A stretch of DNA of 64,000 nt. Origin: Naegleria gruberi (Eukaryota). The notes under the pieces are model-generated. The model was given only the letters and a program-made list of their open reading frames with translations. It was not told the origin of the DNA and made no database searches. The stretch lies in the NCBI GenBank assembly GCA_000004985.1, contig GG738891.1; one strand, 5' to 3'. A program made the position numbers and the translations under genes. Shown here one piece after another: positions 56,369 to 64,000 of this stretch (position 1 is the stretch's first letter; every line of letters begins with the position of its first letter).

Positions 56369-59010
56369 ATGGCCCACGAGATTTTTGCCAACACGATCGT
56401 GTTGAGTGAGGGCAATTCCTTCTTGTCATCGTCCTCGGAGGGGTTGTATAATGTATTGATGCAAAGTGTACAGGCATATAATGGAGGTGGTTTTCCTGGA
56501 TTACCATTTTTCAATGATACAATGTGTGGGGATTATGCTGTCTTGTCGGCTAGTCTGCCCGATAATATGGATTTGTGTGCTTGGAGAGCTTGGTTATTTG
56601 TAAGTTGTTGTTATTGTTGTTTTTAATTGTCATTATCTTTTTATTCAACAATTTTCTTGATGATGATGGATATGTTATTATTATAATATGGAATTATTTT
56701 GATGGGTTGAATATGAATAGTTCGTTTTGCTCATCTTTATTCTGACCATTGTATCCGGAATTATACTCACCATCTTATCGTGGGTTGTATTTGCAGTGAT
56801 CAATTTTTGCAAGTGTTTATTTGGAGGAGATTCAAAGAGAAAGAACTATCAAAGAATTGGTGAAGAACCACTCTCTAGGCACTTCCAAAATAGAGGAGAT
56901 TCCTTGTTTGATGGAGTGAGCTCTGATGGTCTTGTTACTAGAACTTGTGGACTTTCATATTGTTGTATTGTTTTGTTCTTGTTGGTTGTTTGTCTTGCAG
57001 GTATGTTTTCAATAACTAGAATAATTAGATAACTTTATTTTACTATAATATTATTATTTGTAATGGATAATAATTTATTCACACAACAATTAACCTTGCT
57101 CATCATGATATGTGAATAATATTTTGGAATTTAATTTTCTGTTGAAATTCTTCATCAAATAACGATATCATATCAACATTTAAATAACAACAACAACAGG
57201 TGTTGGTTTCTCTGTAGCTTTCTATGTTGGTCTGGATAGAGCAGCTGATCCATTGATTACTTCATTGGAAAAGGCTAGAAATGCTATCAATGAAACAGCT
57301 ACCATCATGTCTAACACTACTTATCAATCCAACTTGACTGGATTTGTTGAATACATTCCAAGGATTCAAACTCTTGTACAAGGAGCCATTCAAAATGGTC
57401 AGGCCTATTTGGAAAATGCAGTAATTGATAATAATGATAGACTTCATTTGGAATATTTAATTTATGATCAATTGAATGGAGCAACAAAGAGTCTCTATGA
57501 AAACTCAACTGAAATCAATGCTCTTGTTCAAAAGTATCAAAATATTGTTTCAAAGAGTTCTATTGATGTTTTCAATTTGGATGACGTATTTAATTATCAA
57601 GCTCTGATGCCAAACGGATTGGTTGCCAGAATGTTAATTGCTCACGAAAACCTCGTAGATGCCTTGTCAAACACCAGTTATCTTGTTGAACATTTGAATT
57701 ATACCAATGAAGTCTTTTCTGGTAACACCTACTCCAAGTGGAATCAAATGTATAGTGAAGTCTTTGTTCCTTTGGCAATCAATGCTCCAACCATTCCAGA
57801 TCAAATGGGTCAATTCCAAACTGTATTGGACTATTTACTCACCTACTCTGATGGAAATACTGTATTTATTGATTTCCAAATCACGTACATGTCAGTTTTT
57901 ATTGGTTTCTTTGCAATTGGTATTTGTGTTGCATTGTTTGCTGGTATTGGTCTCACTAGAAGAAGTAATGCCTTGTTGAATATTACATGCTGTTGCAGCT
58001 GCTCACTTTTGGTTTGGTTCGTTCTCTTTGCTGCTGTTAACATTGCCGTATCATTGGCTATTGCTCCATATTGTGTTCACAAGGGTGACTTGTTCGATCC
58101 AAATAATTTGAAGCATTCTGAACCAGTTAAGGTTCAACCAAGCTCCCTCGGCCTTTCTGACATTAATTCTAATACTCCAAACATTTTTGTTAACAATTAT
58201 ACATTTGTCATTAATGTTACCAGATTCTTTATGAATTGTGGTGGTAAGAATTTCGATCAAGAAGCTGATGCCCAAGAAAATGTTCTCGATGCTATTCAAT
58301 TGGCTCAACAAGGTCACTATGCCACAGTTGAAGATTACAATCAATTCTTTGATGCCTTCATTTCTGGTATGGAATCATTGAACTTTACTGAGCAAGCTAT
58401 GAATGTTGCTAATAATGGTCAAACACTCTTCAAAAACATGCTTCTCATCCAACAAGATCTTGCAGCTGTTGGTAATACTCTCCAATCATACGTAACAGCA
58501 CTTGAAGCTCTCAAGTCACGTGTAAATAACAATACCTTGTATGAAGATTATGAAGCTAACAAGCAAGTAATTACCCAATTCCAAAATGAAATGACTCCAC
58601 TCTTGAACAAATTGATCCAAGAAGCTCAAACCACTAATGATATTCAATACAATGATGCTCAATCCTATTTCACTGGTACCTCCTATCCTGAATTTTTACA
58701 AGGATACCAATTGGGATCTACCTTTATGATTAATTACATTTCCAATTTGCCAGTTGATGCTAATGTTTTGGTTCCTAGTGCTGAAACTGTTGGATTGTTA
58801 TTGAACGATTTGAAGGATAGAACCACCTGTAGCTTTATGAGTAAGGCTATTGAAGAAGTCAACACAGATCTTTGTGGAGTTATGGGCATTGGTACTCTTG
58901 GTAATGCCATTTCTCAAATCCTTGTTTCTCTCTTCTTGTTCCTCTTGATTCCAATTGGAGTTATTTTGGCAAGCAGATTACACAGAGACAAGTATGTCGG
59001 CATTAACTAA
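56369..59010 (+). CDS. Pentaspan membrane glycoprotein with prominin-like topology; 3 exons
   Basis: The exons are 56369..about 56601, about 56719..57001 and about 57207..59010. The introns are about 117 nt (GTAAGT...gaatAG) and about 205 nt (GTATGT...caacAG), in phase 0 and phase 1. The predicted product has TM1, a short Cys-rich cytoplasmic loop (CKC), TM2, and an ectoloop of about 330 aa with many N-x-S/T sites. TM3, a Cys-cluster loop (CCCSCS), TM4, a second ectoloop of about 330 aa, TM5 and a short tail follow. Track ORFs 56369..56626, 56727..57032 and 57253..59010 are the exons. Confidence 0.4.
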
Positions 59011-59384
59011 TTTATTATTTTCACAAATTTGAAATAAATCTAAAAAAATCATCTTATTATATAGAAATCTTTTTTAATGAACTAATGGAATTTTGAAAAC
59101 TTTAGATTATTCATCGTCACTTACAAACTCCAAAAATAGGAACTTTGATTATCTGTGATGATAACACTTTTGATCTGTACAGTTCCTTGTTCACGCAGTT
59201 GTGTTCAGTTTCTTATCCACCATACAACAAATTTCCACTCACATAAACTGTCAAAAAATTCTTAAAAAAATTTCAACATCCAACAGACAGTTTCAACACA
59301 TTCTTGGATACATCATTATTCCATCATCTATTCAATCCCAAGAACATTAGTTTTCTTTCGTCTCTTCAAATACGAAACAACACA

Positions 59385-59530
59385 CTCTTCGCGCGCAAAC
59401 TTCTTTCAAAAACTACATACAAATTGTTTTGATCATCAAAAAAGAAGCGCGAAAACAAAACCTTCCTCTCTCGAGCTCTCGCTACTTTTTTCATCATCAA
59501 AAAGTGATAAGAAACACAAAGCCTCTCCGC
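59385..59530 (+). promoter_or_regulatory. GC-enriched CGCG-containing elements upstream of the G-alpha gene (candidate promoter)
   Basis: The elements are ctcttcGCGCGCaaacttc (59385-59403), gaaGCGCGaaaac (59445-59457) and ctcgagctctcgctac (59471-59486). They sit in an otherwise more than 80 percent AT region, 80-220 nt upstream of the ATG at 59608. Confidence 0.3.
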
Positions 59531-59607
59531 TCTACTAATATAACAACAACAACAACAACAACAATAACATCAATCATATAATTATAATTTTATAAATTTT
59601 AATAATA

Positions 59608-61014
59608 ATGGGAAATTGTTTTGGAAAACCAAGTCCTCCCAATGATAATTCTCAAAGAGGCAACGACAATAAAACAACAAAAACAGATAATTCAAAAGGA
59701 CATCATACGAATGGAGGAGTGAATGGTTCACCTTCTAATGCTACTGCTGATCCTAAAGCTACAGATAATGCTGCCGTTGATTTGAAAATATTATTATTGG
59801 GAAGTGGTGATAGTGGTAAAAGTAAGTAGTACTTGTTGTTCTTGTTTATTGAAGATTTAATTTCGTATGAACTTTCTAATAATATTATTACTTTAAATTG
59901 TATTTTTATACTTAATAATTATAATAATAATATAGGTACCCTTTTCAAACAAATTAAAATTACAGAAACTGGTGGATTTACACATCAAGAAGTTTTACGT
60001 TATCAGAGTACTATTTACGGAAATTTAATACATACTATTGATAGTTTGGTGGATCTGCTGAAAGAAAAGGGAAATATTGCTAGATTGCTTCCACAAAACA
60101 ATGAAAGAGTTTCCAGGNTGAAGGAAGTGACAGGGATGCCACACGACACTATACAGAGGAAATGGCAAATGACATTCAAGAATTGNCCAATGATCCAGAT
60201 ATAATTAATGCTTTTAACAATATGAGATATGAAGCACACGTTTTTGAAGGTTTGTTTTCTTGTATTCACCATTTAATCAATTCTTTCAATTGTAATAACA
60301 ACAAATTAGGTGCTACATACTTTTTCAAGGATTTAGAGAGATTACGTCCACCAGATTATAAACCAAATGATACTGACATTTTATATTGTAGACAAAAGAC
60401 AACAGGTATTTCAGATGTCACATTCGAATTTAATACAAAGAAACTTAAAGTTGTTGATGTTGGAGGTCAAAGACCAGAAAGAAGAAAATGGATTAATGCT
60501 TATGATGAAGTTGATGCTATTATATTTGTTGCCAGTCTTAGTGATTTTGATCAAAAATGTTATGAAGATGATTTGGTAAGTTTTTTTGCTTTACTTTCAA
60601 ATTAATTTTACTATATTTATGTATTATAAATATTGATTTATGAATATAAAATAGACTAATAGAATGCAAGAATCAATAGATTTATTTTCAAAAACAATCA
60701 ATGATGAACGGTTTAGAGATACCCCAATAATACTGCTACTGAACAAGACTGATGTTTTCACACGAAAACTTCAACAAAAATCCATTCGAACCTTGTTTGC
60801 TGACGAATATACTGGACCAGATAAATTTGAGGAATCAGTCAAGTTTATTGAGAACAAATACTTGAGTACTAACCGATTCGATCCTAATAGAATTTTCACA
60901 TTTTGGAGTTGTGCCACACAAACCGATGATATCAAGGAAGTGTTTGGACAAGTCAAAAAGAGACTTTTGGAAGCCAAATTCCCTGAACTCAGAGAATCGC
61001 ACCCTTCGAATTAA
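59608..61014 (+). CDS. Heterotrimeric G-protein alpha subunit, 4 exons
   Basis: The protein starts MGNCFGK (myristoylation/palmitoylation motif) and has about a 60-aa insert before the P-loop KILLLGSGDSGKS|T. Intron 1 is 59822-59935 (114 nt, GTAAGT..AG). Exon 2 reads LFKQIKITETGGFTHQEVLRYQ... Intron 2 is about 60250-60309 (60 nt, GTTTGT..AG). Exon 3 carries KTTGISDVTFEFNTKKLKVVDVGGQRPERRKWINAYDEVDAIIFVASLSDFD. Intron 3 is 60576-60654 (79 nt). Exon 4 reads TNRMQESIDLFSKTINDERFRDTPIILLLNKTDVF...FWSCATQTD, with the stop at 61012-61014. An apparent 1-nt frameshift falls between 60118 and 60165, next to ambiguous n bases (60118, 60186). Confidence 0.85.
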
Positions 61015-61041
61015 ATTAATTTATTTATTACAATAAGCTCA

Positions 61042-62064
61042 TTATTTGTCTCTAAAAGTCATGTATCCAACCACATACAACATTTGAGAATATCCAAATC
61101 CATCAGCAATTTCAGAACTAGTCAATGGTGTCAATACTGTCAAAATCCATTGTTCTTGGGGATGTAAAATATTTCTTCTCAACACTGCAATTACCTCATT
61201 GGAACCATCCAATTTTACAATTGGCATCTCATAGGAAATGAAATCAATCCTCTGCTGAACCATTGCTCTATTCGCTCCCTTTGCATCTCTCAAATAATAA
61301 GTCTTGACTCCAGAGTTAACTTGTAATTTTATAGAACCACCAAAAATTCCCTGATCTGCACTATTCAATCCAACAATGGAACTCACACTAGGAACACAAC
61401 TAGCTGAATTATCATAATGTCCAATCTGAATCGTATCAGATAGAGTAAAATAAGAACCCATTGCAAATGAAATTCCCTTTCCATCATTCCAAATAAAATC
61501 CATCATTGTGGGGACACTCCAAGTTCTCAATTGTAAACTTCCAATGCTTTGTTTTGTGTATTGAGAGAGTTTTCCAGATGATAGTAATGAAATAATTGAA
61601 TCACCACTCAAATCATTGTATTTTTCAATGACAAATTGACCTTGTGAAAACATGTCTCTTGTCATGACAAAACTGTCATTAGTAGAAAGAGTTTCAATAC
61701 TTGAAAGTGTAGTTAAATAATTAGAATTATAAACAAAACAATTTTTAGGTGCCTTGCTTGAAATTGCTCCTAAAACAATGACAACTGCCAATGTCACTGA
61801 TAATAAAGTTGACACCAAGAAGGATGCAAATGAATATCCGATCATTGTACAGTTATGCTTTTCATCTTCATCAGAAATAAATTTAATTATGTTATCTGGA
61901 CTGCTGTTAGAAGGTGGAGATGGATTACTGACTTGTCTCGTGTGATGTGTTGACGTTGGGTGATGGTGTGAGTGGTGCGAGTGATGATGGTGAGTTGGAC
62001 CTGAATTTCCTCTTGTTCTGGTGTGATTGGGAGGATGCAGTGGATTTACATGTAATTGTGGCAT
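61042..62064 (-). CDS. His-rich type II single-pass membrane protein of unknown function (full copy)
   Basis: 340-aa ORF with ATG at 62064. It has a His-rich cytoplasmic N-terminus (THHHHSHHSHHHPTSTHH), a TM helix MIGYSFASFLVSTLLSVTLAVVIVLGAI, and an extracellular/lumenal domain of about 250 aa. Confidence 0.55.
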   Translation of the reverse strand: MPQLHVNPLHPPNHTRTRGNSGPTHHHHSHHSHHHPTSTHHTRQVSNPSPPSNSSPDNIIKFISDEDEKHNCTMIGYSFASFLVSTLLSVTLAVVIVLGAISSKAPKNCFVYNSNYLTTLSSIETLSTNDSFVMTRDMFSQGQFVIEKYNDLSGDSIISLLSSGKLSQYTKQSIGSLQLRTWSVPTMMDFIWNDGKGISFAMGSYFTLSDTIQIGHYDNSASCVPSVSSIVGLNSADQGIFGGSIKLQVNSGVKTYYLRDAKGANRAMVQQRIDFISYEMPIVKLDGSNEVIAVLRRNILHPQEQWILTVLTPLTSSEIADGFGYSQMLYVVGYMTFRDK

Positions 62065-62348
62065 TTTTTTTGAGTTTCGAATAATGAGAATTTGCTTTCC
62101 ATTTTAGTGTGGTTACTAATTATGATTATTAATTGAATTGTACGACAATCTTTCCTTATTGTTGATTTATAGCAACTTTAATTTTCAATTGAAAAATATT
62201 TGTAAACTAATTCAAAAAAGTGTTAGAAAGTATCAATTTTAATCTTATATTCTCCTTCTTGACCCATAGTCCAAACAACTGTATAAGGAGCTTCAATTTC
62301 TCCACCAGAACTTTACCCAATTTATAAATTGTTGATTCGTCAATTCTT

Positions 62349-62398
62349 NNNNNNNNNNNNNNNNNNNNNNNNNNNNNNNNNNNNNNNNNNNNNNNNNN
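62349..62398. other. Assembly gap (50 N) inside the last exon of the PARP gene
   Basis: N run. The sequence just before the gap (ggaagtactaatggat) differs by two 1-nt indels from the other copy (ggaagttactaattgggat), suggesting low-quality consensus there. Confidence 0.9.
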
Positions 62399-63646
62399 AT
62401 CCATTAGTACTTCCAATTGTTTGCCAACATGTACATCAAATACAGCAAGATAGGCCTTATCTGAAGAACCTCCTGCCCAATAGGATCCTGTGAAACTGGT
62501 ATATCCGAGAGATTTCTTGAATTTGTCGGCTTTTTTGGTTATTGAAATAGGTCAGTAATGAAATAGAAACTTACCGAAATAATTACCATGTCCAAACATT
62601 CTACCATTAGCAGCAGGTCTCAATTGAAGACCATTGATCATGATGGACAAAAAGTTTGCATTTTTAGAGCCATGCCAGAACAATTCTCTCTTTTGATTTC
62701 GTTTCCTTTGGACGAAATTGTCGAATAGTGTTTGAGTTTGATTATTGGTAACTCTGAAAGCTCTGTAAAACAAGTGACTATCTGAGCCCATCATCTTCTT
62801 GAGGAGTTTAATTTCATCTTGTGAAGCATCCTCCACAACAAGTCCATTCTTTTTAAGGAAATCAGGTTGATCAGATTGATCATGTTTTGTAATCTTGACT
62901 TGAGTAGCCATGACATCAAGAATTTCCTGCTGATCATCTAATAGTGAAGCAGCACTATCCTTATTACTCTTATCATTAATCAAATAATCCTGAACTTTCT
63001 TCATCTTTCTTGGAATGACAGCGTACAATTTCAGTAATTTTTCATTGAATGAATTCAGAAAATCCTCATCATTCTTGAAATTCTCATTCACCTTATACAA
63101 TTCATCCAAAATAGATTGAGCAGAGTCCAATTGTTCCTTTGTAACACTTCCAACTCCAACATTGTAATTGCTTACAATGGAAATATTCGAAAAATTATTC
63201 AACTCTGAAATTAAACTCTTCACATCTGGACTGGAATTCTCTAAATAAATATCATCCCCTGCATTGGTCATATCAGATCCCAAATTTGTCATATCTACAT
63301 AGCCTTTCTTCATCTTGGATCGAACTAAACTATCCCATTCACTCAAACTGGCTTTGATTGCAATTCCTGTGGCACCAACTCGACCATAGACAATATGAAT
63401 TTCACCATCCTTTTCAGTCATTTCATAATACTTGTTATTATTCTTGGAGGAGACCATAATTAATTTACAATATCTTCCGGCAGTGTTTGTGAAATTTTTC
63501 ACACTCGAGGAAAAGCTTCGGATTGGATGAATCGTGGAGGAAAAATTATTAACTCTCTTCATCATGCTCATGCTTCTGTTGAGCATTAGTGGTGAAATAA
63601 TCTCCCGATGGGAAGCAATAGATAAAGTACAGTTTAGTTTGCGCAT
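62399..63646 (-). CDS. Poly(ADP-ribose) polymerase with WGR, helical regulatory and catalytic domains; 2 exons, last exon interrupted by the gap
   Basis: The true ATG is at 63646 (MRKLNCTL...); the track start at 63679 is a TTG. The WGR-like region reads YCKLIMVSSKNNNKYYEMTEKDGEIHIVYGRVGATG. The catalytic signature is RELFWHGSKNANFLSIMINGLQLRPAANGRMFGHGNYF. Exon 1 ends near 62575 at GTAAGT. After a 45-nt intron the last exon (ADKFKKSLGYTSFTGSYWAGGSSDKAYLAVFDVHVGKQLEV...) runs into the gap at 62398. The complete last exon is seen in the other copy at 54206..54500. Confidence 0.75.
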
Positions 63647-64000
63647 TTTTTTGTGGTTGACTATTGTGAAATTGATCAAGATTTTGATTGGGATTGAAAT
63701 TGATTGAAAGATAACGAAAGAAATGATTTTTAATTATTAGTATTGTAAACTCTGTGAACACTGTTATGTAGAAGTTAAATCTCCCAGTTGATGATAGTAT
63801 TCCACCTCATGTTTTTATTGGCGAGAAATTAGATACATGCTAATTACATTTCTTTTTATTGTACTGAAATTTATTTTTTACTTTCTCATTATAATGAAAC
63901 AAAAGTATGAATCTGATGATGTAACAACATCGGAAAAGATGTAGAAAATGGATAGAACATTGAAGTATTAATAATTAAAGAATTAAAATGTATTTCACAT

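Larger units (their letters stand above)
61042..64000. repeat. Copy B of the inverted segmental duplication (partner 53076..54500); it extends to the window end
   Basis: See copy A. The upstream flank 63806-64000 is a diverged match (about 85 percent) to 53076-53283. The core blocks are near-identical. Confidence 0.7.

Noticed and set aside
55212-58344. Minus-strand ORFs inside the LRR and pentaspan genes (55212..55466, 55562..55759, 57262..57447, 57317..57508, 57590..57778, 57843..58043, 58051..58344) and + ORFs 57707..57979 and 56108..56323
   Set aside because: They are antisense or alternative-frame to domain-supported genes. 56108..56323 overlaps the intron-containing tRNA.
59833-60579. 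Track ORFs 59833..60204 +, 60015..60272 -, 60162..60605 + and 60367..60579 + treated as separate proteins
   Set aside because: 59833..60204, 60162..60605 and 60664..61014 are exons or frames of the single G-alpha gene. The others are alternative frames.
1-64000. Prokaryotic-style features (operons, RBS, defence islands, integrons, prophage)
   Set aside because: The locus is eukaryotic nuclear DNA, as shown by telomeres, spliceosomal introns and eukaryote-specific domains. No prokaryotic system is present, and I did not force one.

Overview
This 64-kb window is the left end of a nuclear chromosome or scaffold from a very AT-rich eukaryote that uses the standard genetic code. It is not prokaryotic: there is no operon structure, no CRISPR array and no prokaryote-type defence system. 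Evidence for a eukaryote comprises C-strand telomeric repeats (CCCAAA)n at base 1, GT-AG spliceosomal introns and Asn/Ser/Thr-rich low-complexity proteins. Pol III-type tRNA genes with T-run terminators are present, one of them intron-containing. The domain repertoire is eukaryotic: G-alpha, PARP, F-box/LRR, EGF repeats, OTU, an actin-related protein and a Zn2Cys6 regulator. Composition and content suggest an amoebozoan-like protist, possibly dictyostelid-like, but I cannot identify the species; TTTGGG-type telomeres do not match any lineage I know well. About 22.8 kb of the window (roughly 36 percent) is N, in six gaps: 735-784, 1635-9763, 10646-24540, 26198-26851, 54087-54137 and 62349-62398. 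Single n bases occur at 60118 and 60186. The supplied ORF track evidently accepts TTG and GTG as starts and translates them as M, so I re-derived true ATG starts where I could. Many huge ORFs in the track are artefacts of translating N runs and telomere repeats. I support about 22 protein-coding genes and two tRNA genes. The genes are: a giant EGF-repeat surface protein, an OTU+RRM protein, a Sel1/BTB protein, two type I membrane glycoproteins, a secreted bacterial-type SBP_bac_3 protein, an alpha/beta hydrolase and a Zn2Cys6 regulator. Also present are a receptor-type class III nucleotidyl cyclase, a secreted DJ-1/PfpI-like protein, a DUF4116-repeat protein and a START-like protein. The remainder comprises a composite prolyl-4-hydroxylase/F-box/actin-related-protein ORF, an F-box/LRR protein and a prominin-like pentaspan protein. 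A G-alpha subunit, a His-rich type II membrane protein and a WGR-PARP complete the set. Introns are few and mostly tiny: 41-47 nt in six genes, plus 60-205 nt in others. Most donors are GTAAGT or GTATGT, and some are GTTTGT. Three observations stand out. First, telomere blocks are nested three times near the scaffold end, and an ORF runs straight into the first telomere tract. Second, an inverted segmental duplication involves the PARP 3' end and the His-rich membrane gene; its core is near-identical and its flank is diverged. Third, one ORF fuses P4H-like, F-box and actin-related protein domains. All coordinates I derived by hand from the printed lines may be off by 1-2 nt; ORF-track coordinates are used where available.
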